64,000 nt of DNA, from assembly GCA_965220345.1 (NCBI GenBank), contig OZ244822.1, positions 1,350,669 through 1,414,668 of the forward strand, written 5' to 3'. Source of the DNA: Candidatus Aldehydirespirator sp. (GTDB lineage Bacteria > Actinomycetota > Acidimicrobiia > Acidimicrobiales > Aldehydirespiratoraceae). The translations under genes were made by a program, and so were the position numbers. The notes under the pieces are model-generated. The model made no database searches. It saw nothing but the letters and a program-made list of their open reading frames with translations, and had not been told where the DNA came from. Positions 21,131 to 30,546 of the stretch are shown piece by piece (positions within the stretch are counted from its first letter, which is position 1; each line of letters opens with the position of its first letter).

Positions 21131-21535
21131 ATGCTGGAGCCTCTCGCTGAGGGCTGGTTGGAGGCATTATCGGCTGAAGTCGCCAGCGTCAACCTCGCCG
21201 GTGAGGGTGATACTGCGGCTGGGAGTGTGGTCGACGGTGTCGCTCAGGTTCTGGTCAGTGGTGCGCCGTCGGAGGTAGTGTCGTCTGCGAGTTTCTATTT
21301 TGAGGTGAGTGAAGGTCGTCTGAGCTTGCATCCTCGCAGGCATCCCCAGCCTGACATAGTGCTTTCGGGGGCTTATCAAGATTTTTTGCTGATCTGGCGA
21401 GGCGAACTTTCCCTAGAGGCGGCTTACATGTCGGGACGGATGAAGCTTGAAGGCGATCAAGTGCTGTTGTTTGACCGATGGCATCGGATACTTCGCTCGC
21501 AGCAGCTTCGCGAGGCGTTAGTTCGTCTGCGTTGA
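21131..21535 (+). CDS. SCP2 sterol-binding-domain protein
   Basis: C-terminal AAYMSGRMKLEGDQVLLF is typical of SCP2 domains. Confidence 0.65.
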   Translation: MLEPLAEGWLEALSAEVASVNLAGEGDTAAGSVVDGVAQVLVSGAPSEVVSSASFYFEVSEGRLSLHPRRHPQPDIVLSGAYQDFLLIWRGELSLEAAYMSGRMKLEGDQVLLFDRWHRILRSQQLREALVRLR

Positions 21536-21583
21536 GCAGATCATGAAGAGACCGCGTGACGCGCGTAACCCCGTGCGCGGGTT

Positions 21584-22450
21584 TCAGATGCGGTGGCGTG
21601 CTCTGCGTTGAGCGCTGCGCAGCGCCTGATAGCCGATCAGCGTGGCATCTGATTCTTGGATCATTGCGGTCAGCTCAGCCGACAGAGCCAAAGTCAGATC
21701 ATCAACGCGGCCAGCCGCCGCCGGGTCAATGGCATGAATCTCTAGTGCGTTCAGTGCCGGGCACAGTGACAGTTCGGTGACTCCTGGTGCCAGGCTGGCG
21801 AGCTGCTCAGTGACATGTTGGCGGGCGTTGCCGCGAACCAGCTTGAAATGATCAGGAAACACCACCCCTTGGGCCATTGCCAGAGACCGGAACGGAAATC
21901 CGGCATTTCGCTCCGCTTCGCCACTTTCGAGTCGTAGCGGCAGGTCGAACGTGACGGCTAAGTCGAGCAACACATCAAAGAACTCAGGCCGCTGCTGCAT
22001 GGCGGCCATGTGGGTGCTGAGATGTGTGACATCAAACCCCCAGAGCACAGCTCTTTCGATTTGGGCGCGGCTCTCGCGGCGAACCTCGTCAAGGTCGGCG
22101 TGATCCCAAAGGTCTTGCAAAGTGCGAGGGAATCCGCCATCACCGTCAAGCAGGCTCGGCGCGTTGGTTATCGGACCCCAACGAAAGCAGTCGAGTTCTG
22201 AGTTGAGTGTGATGTGAACACCAAGGTCTTCGCCCCGGTAAAGCTCAGCAGCGTGACGAGCCCAAGCCGCGGGCATAACCACTGTGCCTGTGGTGGCTGC
22301 ACCGTCTCGTAGCGCCTGAAAGCCGCCAGCGGTGGAGGAGTGGGTGGTTCCAATCCGGTCGGCGCTGATAATCACTAGTTTTGCGTCGGCTTTGTGGCCT
22401 AGACGTTCAACCAGTGATTCCATGGATGCGACGGTACCGGCTGCGCTCAC
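21584..22450 (-). CDS. ChbG/HpnK (YdjC)-family carbohydrate deacetylase-like protein
   Basis: LVIISADRIG (ADD-like), GVHITLNSE, and THLSTHMAAMQQRPE resemble YdjC motifs. The usual ADDFG is degenerate. Confidence 0.6.
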   Translation of the reverse strand: MSAAGTVASMESLVERLGHKADAKLVIISADRIGTTHSSTAGGFQALRDGAATTGTVVMPAAWARHAAELYRGEDLGVHITLNSELDCFRWGPITNAPSLLDGDGGFPRTLQDLWDHADLDEVRRESRAQIERAVLWGFDVTHLSTHMAAMQQRPEFFDVLLDLAVTFDLPLRLESGEAERNAGFPFRSLAMAQGVVFPDHFKLVRGNARQHVTEQLASLAPGVTELSLCPALNALEIHAIDPAAAGRVDDLTLALSAELTAMIQESDATLIGYQALRSAQRRARHRI

Positions 22451-23034
22451 TCAAGGGGAACATCTGGACCACCGCAGGCACCCCAAAGCCCTCGAGCTGC
22501 GCTAACTGCTTCACGCTCGGCTCGGTTAAAGGCTTCGGCGTAGTGATCGTTTGGTGGAAAAGTCAAGACAGCCGCGTAGCCAGCAGTGACAAGCTCAAGG
22601 TTCACGAAGAGACTGTCACTGGAGCGCACCACATACCCCAGAAGCCGGTCGTAGGCATCTCGGGCTTCCTCGTCGCGCAGCAGCGTGATTTGCGTGCCCT
22701 CAGGGAGCAGAGCTTTCAGAAATTCTGATGCCTCAGGTCCGTAGCATTGCACTGGTCGGGTGCGTGCCACCGTTTCGGGTGTGTCAAGGCCGATCAGGCG
22801 AACTGTTTCTGAACGACTGCCGATCCGTGCGACGATCGTGTCTCCGTCAACGACACGCTCAACCACAGCGTTAGGTGTCGAGGCAAGTTCTTCGGTGCTG
22901 CCCGCTGCTATAGCAGGCAGGTCATCCTCGGTGGCCCGGTTTCCGCAGCCCGATAGCAGCCCCGACACAAGCACTGTCACAGCGACAAGCATCCACCCTG
23001 TCTTCGGCAAGGCTCTAGTCCTCATGCCTGACAC
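22447..23034 (-). CDS. thermonuclease (SNase-like) lipoprotein
   Basis: Lipobox LLSGC, VVDGDTIVA, and VRLIGLDTPE. Overlaps the downstream gene by 4 nt. Confidence 0.85.
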   Translation of the reverse strand: MSGMRTRALPKTGWMLVAVTVLVSGLLSGCGNRATEDDLPAIAAGSTEELASTPNAVVERVVDGDTIVARIGSRSETVRLIGLDTPETVARTRPVQCYGPEASEFLKALLPEGTQITLLRDEEARDAYDRLLGYVVRSSDSLFVNLELVTAGYAAVLTFPPNDHYAEAFNRAEREAVSAARGLWGACGGPDVPLE

Positions 23035-23103
23035 AGCGACCCTATAGCTAACGACCCTATAGCCAACACAGCTTCGGCTTGCGTCCAGCGGTTTGCAGCA
23101 CCG

Positions 23104-23382
23104 TCAGGCCGCAGCAGGCAGGTCGGGGGCAGGTGCTGTAGCATCCCACGCCTCGGATCTGGCTGCTCGCAGAGCTTGGCGGGCTTGGGCCACCCCGCGC
23201 CGCCCCGTCTCGCAGGTGGCCGTGTCAAGCGGCCAGATGTTGGCAGTTCCTTGACTCGCAGCGAGATGAACGGCAGAACCCGAAGCAGCCCTTCTACGAG
23301 CTTTCTTGCCGGTTCTTCGGCCAGCCTTGTCGGTCGCCGTTTTGTCGGTAGCTATGTCTATAAGCAACAGTTGATTAGTCAT
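23104..23382 (-). CDS. hypothetical small basic protein
   Basis: ORF taken from ATG (MTNQLLLIDIA...). The ending ...WPLDTATCETGRRGVAQARQALRAARS resembles small conserved actinobacterial proteins I recall only vaguely. Confidence 0.4.
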   Translation of the reverse strand: MTNQLLLIDIATDKTATDKAGRRTGKKARRRAASGSAVHLAASQGTANIWPLDTATCETGRRGVAQARQALRAARSEAWDATAPAPDLPAAA

Positions 23383-23485
23383 GTGAACATAATGGCGAGC
23401 AGGTGTGACATTGCTTGTTGTCGTGACCACCTACACCACTCAAAACCGCTCAACTCAGGTTCATTTGGACTCTCGGGTTACGGCC

Positions 23486-24004
23486 TTAGCGCCAGAGTCG
23501 GCGGGCGATTGCGCCGAGGGTTGCGCCTATGCCTATCCCGGCCACAACATCGCTGGCGTGATGCAATCGCACATGGATCCGACTCAAAGCCACTGCTGAT
23601 GCCAGCAGGTAGTAGGCGGGTGCCCAGCGACTACGACGTGATAACAAAGATGCCGCGACCATGGCTGCGCTGGCGTGACCGCTAGGGAAGCTGCTAGTAA
23701 GCGGTTGGCGCAGACTGTGCGGCCGCTGTCCTGTGAAGTCAGGGCGTCGCCTGCCGAATGCTGTTTTGATGAGTCCGTTTACTAGCGCAGCCTCGGCAAA
23801 GAGCGCAGAACTCAGCTGTTGAGCGCTGCTCCGATTGCGTCGAACCGCGGCTTGCAGAGTCCCAAGTGCGTGCCACAGCCGGGAGTGGTTAGCGGCTTCG
23901 GACAGCGAATACATAATCCGATCCAGTGCCGGACGGCCGCGCAGGTTGTCTTCCCACCACGAATCGACAGCCTCATCAATGGCAGTGATTGCGGTTTGGT
24001 TCAT
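23486..24004 (-). CDS. PAP2-family phosphatase
   Basis: KTAFGRRRP, PSGHA, and SRIHVRLHHASD (KX6RP / PSGH / SRX5HX3D). Confidence 0.85.
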   Translation of the reverse strand: MNQTAITAIDEAVDSWWEDNLRGRPALDRIMYSLSEAANHSRLWHALGTLQAAVRRNRSSAQQLSSALFAEAALVNGLIKTAFGRRRPDFTGQRPHSLRQPLTSSFPSGHASAAMVAASLLSRRSRWAPAYYLLASAVALSRIHVRLHHASDVVAGIGIGATLGAIARRLWR

Positions 24005-25953
24005 TGGGCCTCGCCGTCAATGGTTGTCGTTGTGACGGGCACAGATTCACTCTCGGTTGTGTCTCTGGTTTCGTCGGCTGGGTCTTCTGAGTTGCCTGTG
24101 TCGGTTGGATCAGTTGTCTCCTCATCTGGTGAAGCAGACGAGCCAGAATCTTGACCGCTTAGTTCGCCGTCAGTTGGGTTCACGCCCTGCTCCCAACCCT
24201 CGCCGGAGGGTGCCACCGGGATGGTTGTGCTACTTGGCACAGTAGTGGTCGTCGTGGTAACTGAAGGGCTGCCATCGCAAAGCAGTCCCTCGGGGCGGTA
24301 GAGAGCCCCGACTAGGTCGGTCTCGCTGCGCTGATCACTCAGGTAGGTTCGTGTGCGTTCTGTTGTTACTCGAGTGCAGCTCGTCCCGATGGGGCTGGTC
24401 CACTGATTGGTCTGGCGTGCCAGCACCCACGGCGTGGAGTAGAGCCGCACCGTGATGGAGTCTTCGTTGGTGGTAGGCCAGATCATCACTCCATAGGGGC
24501 TGTTGTTCTCAAGCACAAGATCAGGTGCCGGAAACGACACGGTCGCCTCACGTCCGTAGGGGTAACGGCTCAGGTAGATCGAATGAGATTGATACGTCAC
24601 GAAATCAAGCCCAGCAAAGAAGGCCGCATTAAACAAGGTGGTGGCATATTGCGAGATACCCCCGCCCACAGAGTCAACGAAGACACCTTCAAGGATCATC
24701 TTCGCCGGAACGAAGCCGTTGGCCGAAGTGCGTCTGCCCACATGATCGTTGACCGAGAACCTTCCGCCCGGCTCAATGATTGCTCCTCGGGTCAAGTCCG
24801 AGATGCGGGCGATGTTGGTCACCCGATCCTGACCTGCGGTGAAGCGTGTGGTGAACTCGCCGACTATTTGCAGGATTCCCAGCGACTCAGCCCAGTCGCT
24901 GTTACGGGGGTTTGTGGCCGGAGTGCTGGGCAGCACGATCACAGGCTGATTCTGAGTCAAGCCCTCAAACAGCTTTTGCGACGCTGATTCGTGGCAGCAC
25001 TCGAAGCCGGGCTCGTCGGTTGTGATAGTGACGGCACCGTTGTCGTCTATGCCGAATTGTGCTTCGCCTCCTGGGGTGCCTACACCCACAAAGAGGCTTT
25101 CGAGAGTATCGTGAATCCGTTCATGCAGGGTTAGGCGAGCGTTGTGATGCTGGCCTTCCAGGGTGATGAACTGCCGAATAGCGGGTTCGCTGATCGTGAA
25201 GGCAGTTTCGGTTCCCTCAAGTTGTAACACCACTCCGCCTTGAGTGATCTCATTGGCTTGAGCAGCAAGGTCAGCCGCTATCTTTACCGCAGCCGGATCT
25301 GCTGGTGCCATGCCCTGCACAGGCACTTCGACGATTGCGCGACCGCCAACATTGCGGCTCACTGCGTCCTCTAGTCGCTCGGCGAGCAGTTCCATGTCGG
25401 GTACGGGCACATCGGTCTGTAGCACTGGCCGAAAGGCACCGTCGACCAGCTCAATGCGAGGTGTTTCGGGGTCGGTGTAGGGGTCAACGAGTTGGCTAAG
25501 AGTTCCGAGGTCGGTGGTTACCGCAGGTTTCACATCACGGCTGGCAAACAGATCAAAGAGCCATGATGCTGGCCGCACTACCGGCGGAGCGGGGTCGTCG
25601 GCGGAGGCCAGCGTTCCTTCGACATCAAGAGAGATGCCCAGTTCAGCAGCGGTGAACTCGGTTGCGGGAACGGTAACGCTTTGGTCTTGGAACTGAAGTT
25701 CAATGAATCGCAACTCAATGGTGGTTTCAGCTATCTCCTGTTCCACCGGCTCAAGTGCAGTAGCAGCCTCTTTGGGCTCAAGGCCACCGATTTCCACCTC
25801 GTGAACTACTGCACCCTCTCGGATAGTGGATTCGTTGTCCGTTTCGTAGAGCTGCCATCCAACGAAGAGTCCAGCAATCACCAAGACTGCGACCCCGATA
25901 AGCGACCAAAGCAGGCCGCGTCGAAGGTTGCCACTAAGCAGCCGTCTAACCAC
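24001..25953 (-). CDS. VanW-family protein with N-terminal TM anchor
   Basis: N-terminal TM (LLWSLIGVAVLVIAGLFVGW), VanW core GGGISQYATTLFNAAFFAGL, and a Thr/acidic-rich C-terminal tail. Confidence 0.8.
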   Translation of the reverse strand: MVRRLLSGNLRRGLLWSLIGVAVLVIAGLFVGWQLYETDNESTIREGAVVHEVEIGGLEPKEAATALEPVEQEIAETTIELRFIELQFQDQSVTVPATEFTAAELGISLDVEGTLASADDPAPPVVRPASWLFDLFASRDVKPAVTTDLGTLSQLVDPYTDPETPRIELVDGAFRPVLQTDVPVPDMELLAERLEDAVSRNVGGRAIVEVPVQGMAPADPAAVKIAADLAAQANEITQGGVVLQLEGTETAFTISEPAIRQFITLEGQHHNARLTLHERIHDTLESLFVGVGTPGGEAQFGIDDNGAVTITTDEPGFECCHESASQKLFEGLTQNQPVIVLPSTPATNPRNSDWAESLGILQIVGEFTTRFTAGQDRVTNIARISDLTRGAIIEPGGRFSVNDHVGRRTSANGFVPAKMILEGVFVDSVGGGISQYATTLFNAAFFAGLDFVTYQSHSIYLSRYPYGREATVSFPAPDLVLENNSPYGVMIWPTTNEDSITVRLYSTPWVLARQTNQWTSPIGTSCTRVTTERTRTYLSDQRSETDLVGALYRPEGLLCDGSPSVTTTTTTVPSSTTIPVAPSGEGWEQGVNPTDGELSGQDSGSSASPDEETTDPTDTGNSEDPADETRDTTESESVPVTTTTIDGEAQ

Positions 25954-26084
25954 GCTTTGAGGGTATCGCAGCCATCCTCACCATTAGGTGAGCGTTCAGC
26001 GCAATGTTGGGCACCATGTTGGGCTGAAGTGCTGGTATTCGAGTGGTTAACGATTAAGCGGTTGCAGTTCAGAACAGGCAGAGT

Positions 26085-26762
26085 TCAAAACAGGCGCAGT
26101 TCGGGTGACTCGACACCTCGTAGTTCGTCGTAGTCCACCTCGACACAGTCGATTGAGCGGTCGGTTGCCAGCACCTTGGCCTGCGGTTTGATGTTTTGAG
26201 CGACCAGAATGCCGCGCACAGGTGCCAGAGTCGGGTCTGAGTTGAGGTAATGCAGATAGCGGGTGAGCTGTTCTACGCCGTCGATCTCGCCGCTGCGCTT
26301 CACTTCAACAGCTACGGTGCTGCCCTCGGAGTCTCGGCACAACAAGTCGACAGGACCAATTTTGGTGGGATACTCGCGCCGCACCAGGGTGAAGCCTTCT
26401 GAGATCGCCTCGGGTTGTTGAGCTAGTAGTTGCTGAAGCTGTGCCTCTACTCCGTCTTTTTGTAGGCCTGGATCCGTGCCCATTTCGTGGATGATGTCGT
26501 CAAGCACTTCTTCGACTTTGATCACAAGCGAGTCGCTGCGTCCCGCAGCTGTAACCCGCCATACTCCGGCTTCTTCGTCGATCACCAGCCGATTCGGGGA
26601 GTTCATCCAGTTGAGAGGCTTGTAGGCACCGCCGTCGGCATGCACAGACACGGAACCGTCTGCCTTGACCATTATCAAACGAACCGCCGAAGGCAGATGA
26701 GCCTGCAAGCGACCGTCGTAGTCAACGGTGCAGCGGGCGATCATGAGCCGCACCCCAAGCAA
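26085..26762 (-). CDS. nucS: endonuclease NucS (EndoMS)
   Basis: [46 protein letters not shown], and the nuclease half GPVDLLCRD...VAVEVKR. Confidence 0.9.
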   Translation of the reverse strand: MLGVRLMIARCTVDYDGRLQAHLPSAVRLIMVKADGSVSVHADGGAYKPLNWMNSPNRLVIDEEAGVWRVTAAGRSDSLVIKVEEVLDDIIHEMGTDPGLQKDGVEAQLQQLLAQQPEAISEGFTLVRREYPTKIGPVDLLCRDSEGSTVAVEVKRSGEIDGVEQLTRYLHYLNSDPTLAPVRGILVAQNIKPQAKVLATDRSIDCVEVDYDELRGVESPELRLF

Positions 26763-26894
26763 ACTATCAGCCCCGATATGACTCTACCCATTAGACGAGC
26801 ACCGAAGCATCCAGCGATGATGACAACGAAGTGTCCCCACGGCTGATCCAACGCAGCACAGAGCGCTTGAGATGAGGTTGGAGTCCGTTGTGTC

Positions 26895-28274
26895 TCAGCC
26901 GCCTGGTGATCCCACGTCTAACCCACCGGGTGTCTGCACACCCCCATCACCAGTTCCCAGAGCGCCTTCTTCTGCAGGATCATCCTGCTTGGTAGCTTTG
27001 TCGCTGGTTTTTGGTGGGGCATCGTTGGAGCTATCTATTTGTTGTGGAGTGTCCTCAGGGTCGCTCGCATTCTCAGTAGATCCATCTTCGGCGCTAGGCG
27101 CGTTCTCATCGCTATCCGCGCCTGGTGTGCTCTCTGCATCAGAGTTAGCTTCCCCAGAATCGCTTTCCGCTTGTTCGTTCGACTCCTCTTCTGGGCTGTC
27201 ATCAGATTCTGTTCCGAGTAATTCGGTGCCACCAAGATCAGGCTGGTCTGAATTATTAGGATTAGGCTGGTCTGAGGCATCACTGGGTTCGTTGTCAGTA
27301 CCAGATTCGCTTTCTGTGTTAGGTGTGTTTGCATCAGGTAAACTTTCCTCGAGCGGGTCGCCGCTATTGCCGTCTCCGAGTTCAGCAGAACCTTCTTTGT
27401 CAGTGCCAGTATCGCCAACCTTGCTGCCTGTGTCCGGGATGGTCTCGGCATCAGAGTCAGCCTCCCCAGAATCGCTTTCCGCTTGTTCGTTCGACTCCTC
27501 TTCTGCGGGCACTTCGTCCAAACCGGTGGTCTGTTCCTCGGGCGGGCCGACCGTGTCTTCAATCCCCGACTTAGCCAACTCCGCAGCATCACGAGCATCC
27601 TGCAAATCATACGGAAACACCCAATCATACTCACCTTCCTCATCCACCTGCACCACATCGATAAAAGGTTTGCCCTTTCCGTAACCCAGAGAATTGTCGT
27701 CATATATGCGCACTACTCCACCAAGCGTTTTGATCCAGTACAGCCCCAACGCATATCCTTGTGTTCCTAGATCGCTAGGTCCCGCATAGACTAAATACTG
27801 TGGTGAGTCATCCGAACCGATACTTCTGATTCCATCTTCAAATAACTCGATCTCTCTATCGAAGAGCCTTGACTTTTTACTACCATCAAGAGTTTCCTGC
27901 AGAGCAAGAACTCCTAAAGTGATACGAGATTCAGATTCGGGCATCTCACCAATTAGCACTTCATCAGCTTCAAGTACGATACCCTCATAGACATCGACCA
28001 CTTCCCAATCTGACTCGGCAACAGATAACATGCCGGTTGTAGGCGGTTCTATAATGAGGCGCTCCTTATAGTCGACTACTCGGCCAATAAAAACTACTTC
28101 AGCAGCGTCAGTAATCGCATTGATATCGTCATATAGATGTTCATAAGCATGGATATATGCTACAGGAATGTTCTCATCAAGAACAGTCAAATTTCGTGCA
28201 CCTGAATTATTGCTACAGGAAGCAGATAGTAGTAAAAAAGTACCTAGAATCATAGATATAATTTTGTAATTCAT
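26895..28274 (-). CDS. lipoprotein with a long acidic low-complexity C-terminal region containing a duplicated segment
   Basis: Signal/lipobox MNYKIISMILGTFLLLSASC. EEESNEQAESDSGEA(D/N)SDAE occurs twice. The 5' half of the gene is visibly AT-rich. Confidence 0.7.
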   Translation of the reverse strand: MNYKIISMILGTFLLLSASCSNNSGARNLTVLDENIPVAYIHAYEHLYDDINAITDAAEVVFIGRVVDYKERLIIEPPTTGMLSVAESDWEVVDVYEGIVLEADEVLIGEMPESESRITLGVLALQETLDGSKKSRLFDREIELFEDGIRSIGSDDSPQYLVYAGPSDLGTQGYALGLYWIKTLGGVVRIYDDNSLGYGKGKPFIDVVQVDEEGEYDWVFPYDLQDARDAAELAKSGIEDTVGPPEEQTTGLDEVPAEEESNEQAESDSGEADSDAETIPDTGSKVGDTGTDKEGSAELGDGNSGDPLEESLPDANTPNTESESGTDNEPSDASDQPNPNNSDQPDLGGTELLGTESDDSPEEESNEQAESDSGEANSDAESTPGADSDENAPSAEDGSTENASDPEDTPQQIDSSNDAPPKTSDKATKQDDPAEEGALGTGDGGVQTPGGLDVGSPGG

Positions 28275-28319
28275 ACTAATACATACTCTCTAATATTGAA
28301 GTTGTATAGCTATAATTTC

Positions 28320-28790
28320 TCACCGGTCTAGCATATTATTCATACCATCATTCACACAACTTGATTCAGAGTTGCCGTGATGAAAGCCTATACTATGAGC
28401 CAATTCATGGCAAACCATATTCTTCCGGCTCAACACAGTTTCACTATTGTAGGCATCCGAATCGATTTCTATTGTGCCACGATTACATATAGTGGTACCT
28501 CCAGATTCAGTCGTGCATCGAAACCAAGCAAGAATCTCAGAGTTCTCAATCGGAATGACTTGCCATGTGAGATCTGCTAATTCGCGAGTTCCTGCCTCTC
28601 TTAGAGTTATATCAGTGTTGGCATATACATCATCTCCGCCAGTTTTGAAGTAGGACTGCCATTGCTTACGCTCATCTTTATCGTCCTCAATAGAACGGTA
28701 TGTATGAAGACTATCTGCTGCGAAGGGCAAACCAATCTCTATCCGCTTTTGTCGGTGATTCCAAAAGGAGAAGCAGAGAAGTGGCGGCAA
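28320..28790 (-). CDS. small metzincin-type zinc metalloprotease (snapalysin-like)
   Basis: HELAHSIGFHH fits HExxHxxGxxH and is followed by SSCVNDGM (a possible Met-turn). TTG start with GAAGG 8 nt upstream. No signal peptide. Overlaps the upstream ORF by 52 nt in another frame. Confidence 0.6.
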   Translation of the reverse strand: MPPLLCFSFWNHRQKRIEIGLPFAADSLHTYRSIEDDKDERKQWQSYFKTGGDDVYANTDITLREAGTRELADLTWQVIPIENSEILAWFRCTTESGGTTICNRGTIEIDSDAYNSETVLSRKNMVCHELAHSIGFHHGNSESSCVNDGMNNMLDR

Positions 28791-29452
28791 TAACTGCCTT
28801 CTTTAAGGGTAACCAGCTTGTATTTTTCCGCACAACCTTGAGATGCGGTATTAGCACTACGACGGCATTTACTGCCCTCTAGAGTCCAGTTATCACTTCC
28901 GAATGTAATTGGTACAGCTTTACGCCGCTGCGGAGTAAGTGCGACCTTGACTACCCCTTCGCAATGAGCAACTGGCGGAGATACAGTCTCAACCTTCTTC
29001 TTGCACTTGTTATCACTGCGATCAATGATGTGACCATCAGAGCATAACAACTCTGGCGGCTTCCGTTTCTCTATCTTCCGCTGACGAGTCTCATACACAG
29101 GTTCAAAATTGAGAACCTCACGATCCTCATAATTGAAAACCTCCTGATCCTCATAATTAAACACCTCACGAGTCTTCGTCACCTGCTGATTCTCATAATT
29201 CTCAACACTCTCAGTCTCATAATTAAACACCACACGCCACTCATAATTATAATCAGGCACACTCTCATAATTATAATTTGGGATTGTCTCATAATTGTAG
29301 ACTGCACGCGTCTCATAATTATACACCGGAACTGTGTTATACTTAACAACACTCCGCGTCTCATAATTATAAGCTGGCACCGTCTTCCAGACCGTCCGAT
29401 AACCCGTCTTGCGTATAATCCTATAATTCCACTTCAAACACCTACCCATCAA
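28739..29452 (-). CDS. YNYE-repeat protein with Cys-containing C-terminal domain (probably the distal part of one TAG-interrupted gene)
   Basis: 237-aa AT-rich ORF. Roughly a dozen degenerate 7-9-aa repeats (PAYNYETR, PVYNYETR, AVYNYET, PNYNYES, PDYNYEW, VFNYETE, VFNYEDQ, VFNYEDR, VLNFEP). No signal peptide of its own. Confidence 0.5.
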   Translation of the reverse strand: MMGRCLKWNYRIIRKTGYRTVWKTVPAYNYETRSVVKYNTVPVYNYETRAVYNYETIPNYNYESVPDYNYEWRVVFNYETESVENYENQQVTKTREVFNYEDQEVFNYEDREVLNFEPVYETRQRKIEKRKPPELLCSDGHIIDRSDNKCKKKVETVSPPVAHCEGVVKVALTPQRRKAVPITFGSDNWTLEGSKCRRSANTASQGCAEKYKLVTLKEGSYCRHFSASPFGITDKSG

Positions 29453-29464
29453 ATACTCATTACA

Positions 29465-30121
29465 CTAACTACGCTCACGAACCGTATACGAATACGACTC
29501 ACGAACCGACACCCGCTCCGTGAACGGAGCCACACGCACCCGCACAGAAAACGGAGGAACCCTCACCTGCTTCGTAAACGGAGCCACACGCACCTGCCTG
29601 TTGAAAGGCGCAACCCGAACCTGCCTCGTAAACGGAGCCACACGCACGCGTTCACTAAACGGCGGCACACGACGCTCACCGGTCTTCACCTCATAATCCT
29701 CAAGTATCGTCGCTACGCACTGCCCAGACCCCGAATCAAACACCCACGACAACGGATCCTCCGTCGTCGCAAAACAACTCACAACTGGATCCACCACCGA
29801 AACCGACGAAACCACACACTTACCATCACGCAAAACAACCGAAGACCCCACAGGAACCGCAGCACACTTCTTCAACGCATCCACACTCACCACACCAGAA
29901 CACCGCGACGATGACACCTCATATACGAGTCCCGGTGGGCACAACGGCGGCCTCGCCAACAACTCTTTAGTGGCCGGTACCCGTTCCTCTATATCCGCCT
30001 GAGCAGGAACCGGCACCGATGTCAATAGCACAACCACCGCAACAAGCAGCCAACACCATCGCCTCCTCACCAGCAAGCCCAACACGCTCATAGCCAAACT
30101 ATGACACGCAGGCTGCGCCAC
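29465..30121 (-). CDS. secreted Cys-containing protein with RVAPF nonapeptide repeats
   Basis: Signal peptide (LLVAVVVLLTSVPVPAQA). C-terminal repeats are VPPFSERVR/VAPFTRQVR/VAPFNRQVR/VAPFTKQVR/VPPFSVRVR/VAPFTERVS. Ends at a TAG that is in frame with the next ORF. Confidence 0.6.
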   Translation of the reverse strand: MAQPACHSLAMSVLGLLVRRRWCWLLVAVVVLLTSVPVPAQADIEERVPATKELLARPPLCPPGLVYEVSSSRCSGVVSVDALKKCAAVPVGSSVVLRDGKCVVSSVSVVDPVVSCFATTEDPLSWVFDSGSGQCVATILEDYEVKTGERRVPPFSERVRVAPFTRQVRVAPFNRQVRVAPFTKQVRVPPFSVRVRVAPFTERVSVRESYSYTVRERS

Positions 30122-30148
30122 GTCAAGAGCCAGCCACTCATGTAGCGT

Positions 30149-30493
30149 TCAACTGGGTTGGATGCCGAGGCGCATTAGTGCAGCCCTGCGGATCTGTTCT
30201 CCGACTGTTAGCAGAAAAGTGTCAAGGGGCAGAGTGCCTATGCCTCTTGTGTCGTCGTCGGGTTGGATCACAGCTGCTTTCGGAGCGACGATGTAGCTGT
30301 GGCCGCTGAAGTGAGGGTGTTGTTTGATCAACGCTTCAAGACCTCGGTGGCTGTGGCCGGGCGACGAAGCGACCTCAATGGCTAGGGGCTGTTGCGGGTC
30401 GACATAGATCAGATCGACTTCGTGGTCGGCATTTCTCCAATAGTGAAGTCGCACACCAGCGTGTGCAGCGAGGGTATGCAGAGTCGCTGCCAT
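30149..30493 (-). pseudogene. C-terminal remnant of an AAA/DUF4143-family ATPase
   Basis: HYWRNADHEVDLIYVDPQQPLAIEVASS matches the C-terminal module of DUF4143 ATPases (compare SHLRTHKGVHEIDAVIETPEGGIIAIEIKSA in the 55528 gene). The P-loop half is absent. Confidence 0.6.
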
Positions 30494-30546
30494 AGAACTT
30501 TCGGCGGAGTGAGTGAAGCTTAGGCGGCTTGGGGTTGAAGTGAGTC

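Noticed and set aside
26872-27684. 270-aa Ser/Pro-rich plus-strand ORF
   Set aside because: It is the antisense shadow of the acidic low-complexity tail of the minus-strand lipoprotein gene. That gene has a proper lipobox and start.
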